Of a stretch of DNA of 64,000 nt, positions 41,492 through 51,518 are shown in pieces. The notes beneath the pieces were generated by a model. That model was given only the letters and a program-made list of their open reading frames with translations, searched no databases and had not been told where the DNA came from. Positions within the stretch are counted from its first letter, which is position 1; each line of letters begins with the position of its first letter. This stretch comes from Methanobacteriota archaeon (GTDB taxonomy: Archaea; Halobacteriota; Bog-38; Methanoflorentales; Methanoflorentaceae), in the NCBI GenBank assembly GCA_963701995.1, contig OY969693.1, positions 1,025,512 to 1,089,511 on the forward strand. The letters run 5' to 3'. The position numbers and the translations under genes were made by a program.

Positions 41492-42088
41492 TTAGATTTC
41501 TATTTCGAAATCTTTGACTGCGTAGTCCGTCTGTTGGCCGCGAAGCTTGGTGATCTCCTTTGCGAGGAGCCAATAGATGAGCGCTAACGCTTTCCGTCCT
41601 TTGTTGTTGGTGGGGATGACGATGTCAACGTGTGTTGTCATATTATTTGTGTCGCACATGGCAATTACTGGAACGCCGACATCCACAGCTTCCTTAACGG
41701 CTTGTGAATCTCCAATAGGGTCCGTGACGACAACTACATCTGGTTCAACGAAGTCGCGGTACTCCGGGTTTGTCAACGTGCCCGGTATAAAGCGTCCCAC
41801 AACTGATTTTGCTCCTGTTACTTTAGCAAACATTGTTGCGGGAAATTGACCGTATTGCCGTGCTGAAACCACAAGTATGCGGGCCGGGTCGAATTTACTG
41901 AGAAAATTGGCTGCAATTTTTATGCGCTCGTCTGTAGCCTTTACGTCCAGCACATAAAGACCGTCTGCTCGAACGCGATAGACAAAGCGCTTCATATCTT
42001 CCGTTTTTTGCTGCGTGCCTATGTGCACACCTGCAGCTAAGTATTCGTCAACAGGGATGAGAGATTTGTATTCCGTGGTCTCTTCCAT
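41492..42088 (-). CDS. rps2: 30S ribosomal protein S2
   Basis: [19 protein letters not shown] and PTNNKG motifs; ATG at 42088 after a GGAGGTG SD. Confidence 0.97.
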   Translation of the reverse strand: MEETTEYKSLIPVDEYLAAGVHIGTQQKTEDMKRFVYRVRADGLYVLDVKATDERIKIAANFLSKFDPARILVVSARQYGQFPATMFAKVTGAKSVVGRFIPGTLTNPEYRDFVEPDVVVVTDPIGDSQAVKEAVDVGVPVIAMCDTNNMTTHVDIVIPTNNKGRKALALIYWLLAKEITKLRGQQTDYAVKDFEIEI

Positions 42089-42101
42089 TGATCCACCTCC
42101 T

Positions 42102-43190
42102 TTAGATCGGTTTTTTCGCCATCCTGTAGCTTGATCCGTCAAATAGTTCTTGTTCTATTCGTATAAGTTCATTGATTTTTGCAGTGCTCTGTCTGCCCTT
42201 GATGCTTAGTTTGACAAAGGGAGCGGACAAAGCAACGGCCAGCTGCGACGGTGATGCGTCGCACGTCGCAGAATTGTCGGTAAGCAAAGCGCAGCTGCGG
42301 CCATTGGCTTTCTCCCGGGAGTACGTTTCGAAAACGCTCGAAACCGTACCTGTAGGCGCAATTAATGCAAGATTAGTCTCCCTACGACTCTTCGGGGAAC
42401 GCGCATCTGCAGTTCTCGTGTCGACATCCGCCTCTGACGCTATCAGACACGTCACACCTAGTTCATCGGTTAGCTGTCGCTGAAACTCAGACTCTGTTCG
42501 CTCGAAAGGATCTTCGATGTAATACAGATCGTACTGACGGGCGAGATCTAGCAGATACCGCAGTCGGCTGGTTCCCGTCGTGGAGGCATGGTCCGCAAAA
42601 CTAATCTTGCCCTGCGCGTGCTTCGAGGCTTTGAAATCCACCCCTAGCTTGACCTCGAAGCCAAACCTGCTACTTACACCGTCTGTGACTCTAGTCAACC
42701 GATCCAAAATGTCGGTGTGAGCAGAGTCTCCACGGATGTCCAGATTGTTGAGCTCTCGATGGATGCTTGCTAGCGAAGCAATTGCGCTGGCAAATGAGCC
42801 CGCCCCTATCGGAATACCAAAATAATCAGCGTCGGCGCTAAAGATTTTTAGTAGAGGGTAGGGCATAGTATTCGCAAAGAAGCCTCCGAGGTAGCGATAC
42901 AACGGCACCCCCAGAGAAGCCGCTGCTGCACTTGCAATTGCAACTGAGAAAGCCATGCTCATATTAGGCAATGAAAAGATACCCTGTAGCACTTCGTCGA
43001 TTTCTGCCTGCTGACTAACTTCCCTGCCGATGAGTGTAGGCACTCGTTCGCGCGCCCTTCTTATTGCCTCCCCTGGCGCCGGAAAAGAGCACCGGCCGTA
43101 GCCGCTTGTGGTCACTATCTCTACTTCGGCCGCATCGGTTGCGTTTATGTCGAATACCTTGCTTACAGATACCGCCTCGATCGAGTTCAT
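42102..43190 (-). CDS. Enolase-like protein lacking catalytic residues (pseudo-enolase)
   Basis: [19 protein letters not shown] and AK.NELIRIE retained; PSGAST, catalytic His/Lys and SHRSGET absent. Confidence 0.8.
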   Translation of the reverse strand: MNSIEAVSVSKVFDINATDAAEVEIVTTSGYGRCSFPAPGEAIRRARERVPTLIGREVSQQAEIDEVLQGIFSLPNMSMAFSVAIASAAAASLGVPLYRYLGGFFANTMPYPLLKIFSADADYFGIPIGAGSFASAIASLASIHRELNNLDIRGDSAHTDILDRLTRVTDGVSSRFGFEVKLGVDFKASKHAQGKISFADHASTTGTSRLRYLLDLARQYDLYYIEDPFERTESEFQRQLTDELGVTCLIASEADVDTRTADARSPKSRRETNLALIAPTGTVSSVFETYSREKANGRSCALLTDNSATCDASPSQLAVALSAPFVKLSIKGRQSTAKINELIRIEQELFDGSSYRMAKKPI

Positions 43191-43378
43191 CGTGGGGTTC
43201 CTCGACGCTTTATCGTTATCGGAATGACCCCTTTCTTGAGTTCTTCTAGTGCCATGTCTATAGGATCTGTGGTGTTCGATTCTATCAATGTGGGGGCGCC
43301 CATAGAAATCTGCAAAGCTCGCGCCCCGACGATTCTGGCCCTTTCATAACGAGTAAGTTTTTCAATAACTTCTTTCAA
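43187..43378 (-). CDS. rpoK: RNA polymerase subunit Rpo6
   Basis: [22 protein letters not shown]. Confidence 0.96.
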   Translation of the reverse strand: MKEVIEKLTRYERARIVGARALQISMGAPTLIESNTTDPIDMALEELKKGVIPITIKRRGTPR

Positions 43379-43407
43379 TGACTCCCCTCCATTTTAAAGG
43401 GCCTGCA

Positions 43408-43481
43408 TGGGGTTGCTGAGATTCGAACTCAGGTTACGGCGTCCCGAACGCCGTAGGATATCCAGGCTACCCCACAACCCC
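43408..43481 (-). tRNA. tRNA-Pro(CGG)
   Basis: GGGGTTG...CGGCG-TTCGGGA-CGCCG...GTTCGAATC...CAACCCCA. Confidence 0.95.
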
Positions 43482-43484
43482 TTG

Positions 43485-43673
43485 TCATTGATACGGAGCA
43501 AAAATATCAACAAGTTCTTTGTGTGTCAGAAGCATTCTACGACAGCAGTATCGCTTTACGCCAAGATCATCCAACACCATCTTTGGATCTTCTCCGGCAC
43601 TTATGCGCTCCTTGTACTGATCCCAGTGTTTCGATATCACTGCGCCACACGTAAAGCATCTAACGGGTATCAT
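43485..43673 (-). CDS. rpoN: RNA polymerase subunit Rpo10
   Basis: IPVRCFTCG and RYCCRRM motifs. Confidence 0.97.
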   Translation of the reverse strand: MIPVRCFTCGAVISKHWDQYKERISAGEDPKMVLDDLGVKRYCCRRMLLTHKELVDIFAPYQ

Positions 43674-43685
43674 CTCTTAGCCTGA

Positions 43686-44090
43686 TTATCTGTAGGATTT
43701 TTGTCGCCGCGCTCGCGCACCTCGACCGCCAAATTTCTTTGGCTCCTTCTGCCGGTAGTCATTCACAAGGAGTGTTCGGTCTTGTTTCAGAAATAGATCT
43801 TTGATACTCAGATCGTTCGTCCAGTCGATTAATCCTCGAGCTATTGCTGTTCGGGCTGCGTCGGCCTGTCCGACGACTCCTCCACCTCGGACGGTTACGC
43901 TGATATCAAGTCCTTTTGCCAAATCGCCGGCAATGTTCAACGGTTCTTGGATCTTCTCTCGCACAAGCGCGGGCTCAACTATGTTGAGAAGCTTTTTGTT
44001 GATCCTCACGACGCCTTGTCCTTCTTTGAAAGAAGCCCGCGCGATTGAGGTTTTTCGTTTGCCGCTTGAGTTGATTGTTTTTTGGCTCAT
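43686..44090 (-). CDS. rps9: 30S ribosomal protein S9
   Basis: GKRKT, GGG..GQA.A and KKFGG.GAR...QKSYR motifs. Confidence 0.97.
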   Translation of the reverse strand: MSQKTINSSGKRKTSIARASFKEGQGVVRINKKLLNIVEPALVREKIQEPLNIAGDLAKGLDISVTVRGGGVVGQADAARTAIARGLIDWTNDLSIKDLFLKQDRTLLVNDYRQKEPKKFGGRGARARRQKSYR

Positions 44091-44100
44091 GTATTCGATC

Positions 44101-44520
44101 CTATTTCTTAGCCCCAAGTTGCTGGGAGATCTTTCCTATCTCCACAACCTTGATGGTGCTCAATCTTGATTTTTGCGCGCGTTCAAGCGTTTCAGCCTCG
44201 ACACTGGAAAGCTCGGCTGGCGTTCCAACGTAAACTCGTAGCCGTCCGAACGCCGCTCTGCCGACTGATTTTTTATACGGCAACATCCCTCGAACCGTAC
44301 GTCGTAGAATCATATCTGAACGCTTAGGAAAATATGGTCCTTTTTCTTTGGAGCCTTTCTTTCGCAGGGTTTTATACTTAGACAGCGTGGTTTCTGGCGA
44401 CCCTGAAACTACCGCGCTTTCCGCGTTAATAACGTCGATCTCTTCACCGGATAACAGTCTTTGAGCTACGATGCTGGCAAGACGCCCGAGTATTAATCCA
44501 TTAGCGTCAATTACTGTCAC
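44101..44520 (-). CDS. rpl13: 50S ribosomal protein L13
   Basis: IDA...ILGRLAS and RTVRGMLP motifs; GTG start. Confidence 0.96.
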   Translation of the reverse strand: MTVIDANGLILGRLASIVAQRLLSGEEIDVINAESAVVSGSPETTLSKYKTLRKKGSKEKGPYFPKRSDMILRRTVRGMLPYKKSVGRAAFGRLRVYVGTPAELSSVEAETLERAQKSRLSTIKVVEIGKISQQLGAKK

Positions 44521-44540
44521 AAATCTGTCTCTCCTATATT

Positions 44541-44909
44541 TCAACGTATGATCTTCACGTGACTGCCCTTTGGAGATACGTGGGCGATTTCGTCGAGCGA
44601 CAAGACGGTCCCTCTCGCTGTAAGGATTTTTGACCGGGCACTATCACTAAAACTCGGCGCCCCTATGGATATCGGATGATCGATTGATCCCGCGCCTAGC
44701 ACTTTACCAGCGACAATAACTACGTCGCCCGAGTTCGTATGTCGGTTGAGCCGGCTCAAATTGACTTTTGCGTAGTTATTTGATGGCGCCTCCAACCTTC
44801 TAGCAAGCTCTCTCCAAATATTTGCTTGATGCTGTCGTGCGTGCGCTTTGAAAGCGTCTATCTGTAACATCAACTGAGGATTGGTCTTCCGTATTCTGTG
44901 CTTTGCCAT
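44541..44909 (-). CDS. rpl18e: 50S ribosomal protein L18e
   Basis: KTNP, VNLSRL and GKVLGAG motifs. Confidence 0.95.
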   Translation of the reverse strand: MAKHRIRKTNPQLMLQIDAFKAHARQHQANIWRELARRLEAPSNNYAKVNLSRLNRHTNSGDVVIVAGKVLGAGSIDHPISIGAPSFSDSARSKILTARGTVLSLDEIAHVSPKGSHVKIIR

Positions 44910-44934
44910 GCTATCTCCTGTCAAGCATTTCGAA

Positions 44935-45019
44935 TGCGGGGGGTGCGATTTGAACGCACGAACTCCTATGAGACTAGGCCCTCAACCTAGCGCCTTTGAC
45001 CAAGCTTGGCAACCCCCGC
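44935..45019 (-). tRNA. tRNA-Leu(GAG), no intron
   Basis: CTAGG-TTGAGGG-CCTAG anticodon arm and a long variable arm. Confidence 0.95.
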
Positions 45020-45805
45020 CTACCCAAACGTTCCGAGGTACGTAGCTAATTCGCTGGCCCTGTTCATCAAAGACTCAACTGACATCGTCAGCAGATCTGC
45101 GCAGCTCATTGATCCGTCAGACTCTGTATAGAACACAAAGCGCTGCGGGTCGCCGATGACTGAGATCGCGTGTGTGTCGCAAGCTTCGACGCACAAATTG
45201 CAAAGGGTGCACTGAAGTTCGTCAGCGATGTGCACGGATCCGTTTTCGTACCGGATGATGCCTTTGGGGCAGGCCTCGACACATTCTTTACATCCGTTGC
45301 ACTCTTGGACAGAAAACTTTGGCAAGTACTTGTAGCTTGTCGCGATTGCCGACTGAAATTTAGCGTGGTTTTTGGCGCTGCCTTTTCGTGCTATTGCTTC
45401 AAGCAGCAATTGTTGGCCTTCAAAAAGTTTTATTATGGGTATATTGCCATCGGCGGGAACCACTTCGGCGTCAGCGGACGCTAAGTCCCTTGAGTAGACT
45501 GTAGCGGGCCCCTGCACGTTTAAGGTCATTGACACTTGACATTGAAAGCACCCTTCCCCGTTGCAGGAACACTCAGACGGGGAGAGGTAGTGTTTCCCGC
45601 CTGTGAGCGGAATGAGTCCTAAACGAAGCGCAAGCATCTCGTCGAACAGGACTGACGTGTTGTTGTAGAAGTTGACATCATCGATCGACATCGATCGGAC
45701 GTCAGCCATCATGCTGCGTCTAATGCTGTTCACGAACGCTGGTGCCGTACCAGAAATTATGAAACGCGCTCGTCTATCTGTGAGTTCTAGGAATTCTAAA
45801 TCCAT
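45020..45805 (-). CDS. rpoD: RNA polymerase subunit Rpo3 with a 2x[4Fe-4S] ferredoxin-like domain
   Basis: N.IRR, NTSVLFDE.LA.RLGLIP, HAKF; CNGCKECVEACP and CTLCNLCVEAC. Confidence 0.96.
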   Translation of the reverse strand: MDLEFLELTDRRARFIISGTAPAFVNSIRRSMMADVRSMSIDDVNFYNNTSVLFDEMLALRLGLIPLTGGKHYLSPSECSCNGEGCFQCQVSMTLNVQGPATVYSRDLASADAEVVPADGNIPIIKLFEGQQLLLEAIARKGSAKNHAKFQSAIATSYKYLPKFSVQECNGCKECVEACPKGIIRYENGSVHIADELQCTLCNLCVEACDTHAISVIGDPQRFVFYTESDGSMSCADLLTMSVESLMNRASELATYLGTFG

Positions 45806-45820
45806 GTTGTATCCGAAATG

Positions 45821-46210
45821 TCAGATCCTGCGTCCCCTTCTGCCTCCGGGCGACCGCGTGCCGTCGTGAGGGATAGGGGTTACATCTTCTATTCTCCCTA
45901 TTTTTAATCCAGCTCTTGAAAGTGCCCTTATTGCAGCTTGCGCTCCCGGACCGGGGCTCCGCTGTCCATTCCCGCCGGGGGCCCTTACCCTTACGTGAAC
46001 ACCGAGGACGCCCTTATCCAATGCCTGTTCAGCTGCGCTCGTGGCAAGCTGCATGGCAGCATAAGGCGAACTCTCATTGCGGTCTTGCTTGACCACCATG
46101 CCCCCTGACGATTTTGCTATGGTCTCGGCTCCACTAAGATCTGTGATGGTGATAATCGTATTATTAAACGATGCAAAGATATGGGCGATTCCCCACTTTC
46201 GCTCGGCCAT
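45821..46210 (-). CDS. rps11: 30S ribosomal protein S11
   Basis: [19 protein letters not shown] and DVTPIPHD motifs. Confidence 0.98.
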   Translation of the reverse strand: MAERKWGIAHIFASFNNTIITITDLSGAETIAKSSGGMVVKQDRNESSPYAAMQLATSAAEQALDKGVLGVHVRVRAPGGNGQRSPGPGAQAAIRALSRAGLKIGRIEDVTPIPHDGTRSPGGRRGRRI

Positions 46211-46218
46211 AATCTATA

Positions 46219-46761
46219 TCACGCTCCGTCGCTCGCTTGCTTCTCGGAACCGTCGACTTCGCGCAGCGGGGATCCGACATAGTATCCGATGAGCGCTTGT
46301 TCACTTGTGGGGAGAACGTAGCTTGGAACGGTCACTCTGCGTCCTGCGACTGCGACATGTCCGTGGACAATAAGTTGCCTGGCGTGCTTGGCAGAACTGG
46401 CTAAACCTTGCTTCTGGACTTGGGTTTGTAGCCGCCTCTCCATTAAATCTTCACTTGCCAAGGTGAGCACGTCGTCCAGAGATGAGTCATATTTGATGAG
46501 ACCTATACGTTTTAGTCTGTCGAGGAATTTCTCCGTCTCAAACTTCGCGTGCTCGCCACGCTCACCAACCTCTTGAATGTCGAAGAGCAATTTCCGCGCC
46601 TCACGTCGATACTTCCTCAACGTCGTCTCGACTTTCCAGACTTCTCTCTTGTTTTTCAAACCGTAAGTTCTTACGAGCTCGGCTTCTTCGGCGATCCTTG
46701 CTCCCTGCCATGGGTGACTGGGCTTATCAAACGTTTTTCTGCTTTTGCCAGGATACCCCAT
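46219..46761 (-). CDS. rps4: 30S ribosomal protein S4
   Basis: YGLKNKRE, ERRLQT and ARQLIVHGH motifs. Confidence 0.97.
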   Translation of the reverse strand: MGYPGKSRKTFDKPSHPWQGARIAEEAELVRTYGLKNKREVWKVETTLRKYRREARKLLFDIQEVGERGEHAKFETEKFLDRLKRIGLIKYDSSLDDVLTLASEDLMERRLQTQVQKQGLASSAKHARQLIVHGHVAVAGRRVTVPSYVLPTSEQALIGYYVGSPLREVDGSEKQASDGA

Positions 46762-46779
46762 CTCTCGCACCTTCTAGCA

Positions 46780-47253
46780 TTACCGCTTTTTGCGTTGTAC
46801 GCCTACAGTCGCACCTCTGCGTCCTGTCGATTTGGTCCTCTGACCACGGACTTTGTGTCCTCTTTCGTGGCGAATCCCTACATAGCTTCGGGTCTTTTTC
46901 ATTCGATTAAGATCTTCGCGAAGCGTAATATCTAGTTGAGAGCCTAACAGGTGTTGGTTTTCGCCTGTGACGGGACTTTTCTGGTAGTTGAACATCCAAG
47001 CCGGAATGTGCTGATCAAAACTAGCGACAGAATCCCTCAGCCTTTCTATTTGCTCGTCATCCAGATAGCCCATCGTGTCTCTAGGATTCACGTTGGCGCT
47101 TTGAGTCAGAATTCGCGCCGTTCGTATACCAACGCCTTTCAAACCTGTGAGTGCGTACTGGACTGCTTTTTTTCCATCCAGATCCGTTTGCGAGATTCTT
47201 ACTATATACTTGATCTCGTCGTGTTCTGGCTGTTTCTTGTCATCCTTGGGCAC
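46780..47253 (-). CDS. rps13: 30S ribosomal protein S13
   Basis: VRI..TDLDG, G.RH..G.KVRGQRTKSTGR motifs; probable GTG start. Confidence 0.96.
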   Translation of the reverse strand: MPKDDKKQPEHDEIKYIVRISQTDLDGKKAVQYALTGLKGVGIRTARILTQSANVNPRDTMGYLDDEQIERLRDSVASFDQHIPAWMFNYQKSPVTGENQHLLGSQLDITLREDLNRMKKTRSYVGIRHERGHKVRGQRTKSTGRRGATVGVQRKKR

Positions 47254-47292
47254 ATGAATACCTCGCGTGTGTGGCATTTTAACCAATCATCG

Positions 47293-47301
47293 TATTTATA
47301 A
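47293..47301 (-). promoter_or_regulatory. TATA box of the rps13 superoperon
   Basis: TTATAAATA on the minus strand about 40 nt upstream of rps13. Confidence 0.55.
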
Positions 47302-47377
47302 CTAGCACGCTGAATGCGCTTTTTTGCGATAGCTCGAAGGATCGGTGCGGCTTCACGGAAACGGGTCGCACAGAAAG

Positions 47378-47464
47378 CGCTGGGGGTGGGATTTGAACCC
47401 ACGAGTCCCGGAGGGACACTGGTTTAGCAAACCAGCGCCGTAGACCAAGCTTGGCTACCCCAAC
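47378..47464 (-). tRNA. tRNA-Ser(GCU)
   Basis: CTGGT-TTGCTAA-ACCAG anticodon arm, long variable arm, G73. Confidence 0.95.
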
Positions 47465-47469
47465 AGCGG

Positions 47470-47778
47470 GTGTGGGCGCACAGAAAGGTCGTCACTCCGC
47501 AGCCTGGCAGAGCTCCCAACTCATTCTCTATCCCGCGACCCTCCGAGCGTCACGCGTCCGCGATAGGTTTGCTCCCTTCCGGGCCTGAACCGGTGCTCAC
47601 GGTGAGCGCATGCCGCTGGTTCTCCAATCAGCAACACACGGCCGTTGACCCCGCAGGACGGAATTTCATTGTCTGAATTATAAGATGGTCAAACTGCCAA
47701 AATGCCTTCCTTCTGTTTCGCTCCCCACTTGTCGACGTTTTTGGGTTACAGAGGACGCCGAGCCATCCGAGCTAGCCC
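47470..47778 (-). ncRNA. Archaeal SRP (7S) RNA
   Basis: 5' GGGCTAG...TGTAACC Alu-like motif; helix 8 GGTTCAGGCCCGGAAGGGAGCAAACC; about 310 nt; ends approximate. Confidence 0.92.
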
Positions 47779-47802
47779 AGTTATCATGTAGCTACTAGTA
47801 TC

Positions 47803-47815
47803 TATAAAATTATCG
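47803..47815 (-). promoter_or_regulatory. BRE/TATA promoter of SRP RNA-tRNA-Ser
   Basis: CGATAA-TTTTATA on the minus strand about 25 nt upstream of the SRP 5' end. Confidence 0.65.
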
Positions 47816-47887
47816 CTGAACTTGTTTGCAAATGTCGCTGCGCCCCTGTTGTCAACTTGGTCAGCTCAATGTTTGAGATCGCTGGCG

Positions 47888-49300
47888 CTAGCCCTTGATG
47901 ACTCCCATGGGGGTGAGCCGCGCAACGGCTTCTGAGATGCCGAGCTTTGAAACGACGTCGATGACCTCGTCTATCGGCTTGTACGCTTCTGGTGCCTCTT
48001 CTGGCACTGACGAAAGATCATCAGTTTTTATCGCGATGTGTTTTCGCTGCAGACCCTCTGTAACGCCTTTCCAAGTCAAAGAGCGTCTCGCAGCTTTCCG
48101 GCTGAGAATTCGACCTGCCCCGTGGCACGTCGATCCGAAGGTAGTACTCATTGCTTTTTTGGTGCCGTGCAGAACGTAAGAGGCAGTCCCCATGCTGCCT
48201 GGGATGAGCACCGGCTGTTCGATTCCATAACTCGCATCCTTGTCGAATGCTCTTGTGGCGCCTTTGCGGTGCACGTACACCTCCTTGCGGCCTCCATCGA
48301 TCGTGTGTTTTTCTAGCTTTGCAATATTGTGCGCGACATCGTACACGAGGGTTGCAGTCGTGTTGAACTTCTGCTCCAGAATGTCTCGCACCCAAAATGA
48401 CATTACTTGCCGATTTGTCCACGCGTAGTTGGCAGCTGCTGCCATTGCGCTGAAGTAGTCTCGCGCCTCTTGTGAGTCTGCAGGAACGCACGCAAGTTGC
48501 TTGTCGGGGAGTGCGATAGAATACTTGCGACTCGCCGCTTGAAACATTTTCACGTAGTCAGTGCAGATTTGATGGCCAGCCCCCCGTGACCCCGAATGAA
48601 GCATTATGCAGACTTGCTGTTCTTTCAAACCAAACAAATCTGCGGCCTTTTTATCAAAAACTCGATCGACGGATTGAATTTCTAAGAAGTGGTTTCCACT
48701 TCCTAGACTTCCAAGCTGGGGTTTGCCCCTCTTTTTCGCCAGCGGACTGACTTTTGCAGGATCTGCACCGTCCAAACAGCCATTGCTCTCGCAGTGCTTC
48801 AGATCTACAGGGTTTCCATATCCCTGATTAACGGCCCACTTTGCCCCACCGAAGAACACGTCGTTAAGCTCTTTTTCAGAGAGCCGCAGCGGTCCCTTCG
48901 AGCCAAGTCCCGACGGAATTGCTTCAAATAGTGTTGTTATTAGCTCATCAATTCGGGGCTCAATTTCTTCTTTGAACAGGGTTGTCACTAGGAGCCTCGT
49001 GCCGCAGTTGATATCGAACCCAACCCCCCCTGGCGAGAGGACGCCTTCGCTAACGTCGAACGCGGCAACGCCGCCGATGGGAAAACCATATCCCGTGTGC
49101 ACATCAGGCATCGCGAGCGACCATTTCTGGATTCCGGGCAGCGTCGCGACGTTCGCCACTTGTTGTATCGCGCCCCTCTCGAGGTATTTCATAAGGACTT
49201 CTGACAAGAAGATTCGACCAGGGACACGCATCCTTAGCGCTGCGTCCTGCGGCACTTCCCAAACATACTCGCCTAGTTTGACCAATTCTTCGAACGCCAT
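47888..49300 (-). CDS. rtcB: RNA-splicing ligase RtcB
   Basis: MPDVH.GYGFPIGG, GFDINCG, GSGNHF, HRKGAT, CHGAGR and EEAP.AYK motifs. Confidence 0.97.
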   Translation of the reverse strand: MAFEELVKLGEYVWEVPQDAALRMRVPGRIFLSEVLMKYLERGAIQQVANVATLPGIQKWSLAMPDVHTGYGFPIGGVAAFDVSEGVLSPGGVGFDINCGTRLLVTTLFKEEIEPRIDELITTLFEAIPSGLGSKGPLRLSEKELNDVFFGGAKWAVNQGYGNPVDLKHCESNGCLDGADPAKVSPLAKKRGKPQLGSLGSGNHFLEIQSVDRVFDKKAADLFGLKEQQVCIMLHSGSRGAGHQICTDYVKMFQAASRKYSIALPDKQLACVPADSQEARDYFSAMAAAANYAWTNRQVMSFWVRDILEQKFNTTATLVYDVAHNIAKLEKHTIDGGRKEVYVHRKGATRAFDKDASYGIEQPVLIPGSMGTASYVLHGTKKAMSTTFGSTCHGAGRILSRKAARRSLTWKGVTEGLQRKHIAIKTDDLSSVPEEAPEAYKPIDEVIDVVSKLGISEAVARLTPMGVIKG

Positions 49301-49308
49301 CGAACCCC

Positions 49309-49719
49309 CTATACGTCTAGCGTTACCTCTGCGTGATAGATATCATTTTTCGTGACTGCTAGATTGTGATATGTCACCGCCTTTACTTCTGCGTTTAGTC
49401 TATGCCTGTTTGGATCTAATCTTTCGCCTAGACAATCGGCAGTTAACGACAAATCCACAATCCTGACGAAACATTTCTTAGCAGCAAAGCGCTCGATTTC
49501 AAACGTGATCAGAAGCTCCGCAAGCCAGTCGTAAAGCAAGTTCTCGTAAGAGTCGGAACCTATCTCTATGGTGCAAGTCTCTCCCAGCGCGACTTCATCG
49601 AGGAGAACCATTGTGCTTTCGAGAGCTTCTGCCGCATTTTCAAATAGCTCGTTTAAGGCTCTTCCGTGCGCCATAAAAGTTACATCAGCTGTGTCCTCTA
49701 GAAACTCGTATTTTTGCAT
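49309..49719 (-). CDS. Archease
   Basis: TAD, KAVTYH and LDV motifs; immediately upstream of rtcB. Confidence 0.93.
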   Translation of the reverse strand: MQKYEFLEDTADVTFMAHGRALNELFENAAEALESTMVLLDEVALGETCTIEIGSDSYENLLYDWLAELLITFEIERFAAKKCFVRIVDLSLTADCLGERLDPNRHRLNAEVKAVTYHNLAVTKNDIYHAEVTLDV

Positions 49720-49780
49720 GCCGCTATCGTATAGGATATGAACCAGATATTAATATACATTGATCAATTGAGGCTAGTCG

Positions 49781-50446
49781 ATGAGACCATATGTCTTTAT
49801 TAATTCAGCAATGAGTGCCGACGGCAAAATCTCCACAGTAGCGAGAAAACAAGTGCGCATTTCTGGTGAAGAGGACCTCCGGCGAGTTGATGCGCTAAAA
49901 GCGGACGTTGATGCCGTCATGGTAGGGGTCGGGACCGTTCTCGCGGACGATCCGAAGCTTTCCATAAAGTCGGTGGTACTCAAGCGCACGCGAGTGGACC
50001 AGGGGAGAACTGAGAATCCGTTGCGAGTGGTGGTCGATAGCCGTGCACGAACGCCACCGACTGCGGCCGTTTTGGGATCAAATGCGCTTATAGCGACGTC
50101 GCAACAGGCCCCACGTCACAGGGTAGAAGAGCTCGAAACAAAGGCTGAAATACTCGTTGTCGGAGAGCGCAAAGTGGATCTCGCTGCGCTGCTTGGGCGT
50201 TTGAAGGATCGAGGGGTGGAATCTCTCTTAGTGGAGGGTGGCGCAACGCTCAATTTCGCCCTTCTAAGTTTGGGCTTAGTCGATGAGATTTACACATACG
50301 TAGGGAACATTATTATTGGGGGCAGTGCAGCGCCAACGCTGGTCGATGGAGAGGGCCTGACCAACGACTTTGTCAAGCTGAATCTGCGAGAAATTCGTCA
50401 AATCGGCGACGGCGTGCTCATCAAGTGGAGAGTCGTCAGCTTTTGA
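49781..50446 (+). CDS. arfC: 2,5-diamino-6-ribosylamino-4(3H)-pyrimidinone 5'-phosphate reductase (ArfC/Rib7)
   Basis: AMSADGKI, VGVGTVLADDP and VEGG motifs. Confidence 0.9.
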   Translation: MRPYVFINSAMSADGKISTVARKQVRISGEEDLRRVDALKADVDAVMVGVGTVLADDPKLSIKSVVLKRTRVDQGRTENPLRVVVDSRARTPPTAAVLGSNALIATSQQAPRHRVEELETKAEILVVGERKVDLAALLGRLKDRGVESLLVEGGATLNFALLSLGLVDEIYTYVGNIIIGGSAAPTLVDGEGLTNDFVKLNLREIRQIGDGVLIKWRVVSF

Positions 50447-50456
50447 CCTCTGACAT

Positions 50457-51491
50457 TCATCGTGCTTCTTGGGCGGCCCCTTCAACTGCTCCTTCCACTA
50501 CTGGTCGATCTTGTAGGATCTTTATGCTCACCAACCCACCTACGACTACGTTTAGATAGTAAGTAATCACTCTCCAACCTAGGATGAAGATGCCGAGAAT
50601 TGACGTGCTCACGAAGACTGAATAAATCGCCGCGGTGCTCACTTCGGCTATGCCGCTGTTTCCCGGCGTGAGTGGAATCATTGCGATCATCATTAGAACT
50701 GTCTGGGCAGAAAAGGACGCCAAAATCCACGGCTGTGATCCGAGGCCGACGAGAATAAGCGAAGCAATGGAAAACTGCAGAAGCCAAAACGCCGTCGTAA
50801 GAAGAAAACCTTTGACTAAAGCTCGTCGTTCATCCTTCAAGTAGCGCTTCGAGCTATTGTGAAAGACGTCGATCTCTCGCAAAGCCTTTTGCATGGCTCT
50901 GTCAGCCTTGTCAGCGCCTCTCACTTTGACGAACAGCCAGCGTACTTTTGTCACCAAAGACTTCACCTTTCTTGGCTTTGCCATAACATAAAGCAGGACG
51001 AAAAAGAGTAAACCGAAAACTAGGGCTGCGGCCCCGAAAAGGGCTATGATCCCGGGCGTGCTCTGCACGTACCGGGTGAACAGCAGAAATGCGATCGGGG
51101 CGGCTATGCCTAAGAAAAGTGCATCGAGCATTCTTTCTCCGAGGACGACCGCGGAGGCATCCCCCACGGATAGCTTGCAACCTCGCAACAGCTGAATTCT
51201 GGTAACTTCCCCACCGGCGTGTCCCGGAGTGATTGCTGCGGCAAACAGATTTGACAAGACGATCTCGACCGATTTTCTGAATGAGAGCTCGCCTCCAACC
51301 GCTTCTGACATGGTCTTCAATCGGGCGCCCCAGACGAGCCACGAACTGAACTGAAAGATCAATGCGGCGGCTAAGAACGCTGGGTGAATTTGTATGAGGC
51401 TACGCAACTGGCCCGGCGTGATCGTGTAAAATAGGAGTGCGAGGATCGAGATTATGCTGAACGTCAGTGAAATCGCAAGCCACTTTCGCAT
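50457..51491 (-). CDS. Lysylphosphatidylglycerol-synthase TM-like flippase (UPF0104)
   Basis: ITP...GGE, ER..D, P.TPG.SG.AE and WR.ITYY motifs. Confidence 0.85.
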   Translation of the reverse strand: MRKWLAISLTFSIISILALLFYTITPGQLRSLIQIHPAFLAAALIFQFSSWLVWGARLKTMSEAVGGELSFRKSVEIVLSNLFAAAITPGHAGGEVTRIQLLRGCKLSVGDASAVVLGERMLDALFLGIAAPIAFLLFTRYVQSTPGIIALFGAAALVFGLLFFVLLYVMAKPRKVKSLVTKVRWLFVKVRGADKADRAMQKALREIDVFHNSSKRYLKDERRALVKGFLLTTAFWLLQFSIASLILVGLGSQPWILASFSAQTVLMMIAMIPLTPGNSGIAEVSTAAIYSVFVSTSILGIFILGWRVITYYLNVVVGGLVSIKILQDRPVVEGAVEGAAQEAR

Positions 51492-51518
51492 GCCGTTCAA
51501 GATCTGGCCCCCCTGTAG

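Noticed and set aside
4207..44974. A 40-bp exact direct repeat (4207-4246 and 44935-44974) resembling attL/attR of an integrated element
   Set aside because: Both copies belong to complete tRNA-Leu genes with different anticodons. The interval holds core genes and no integrase.
33827..47253. Mevalonate/lipid genes joined to the ribosomal-RNAP superoperon, and RpoD with an Fe-S domain
   Set aside because: This is a well-known conserved euryarchaeal arrangement, so it is not novel apart from the pseudo-enolase.
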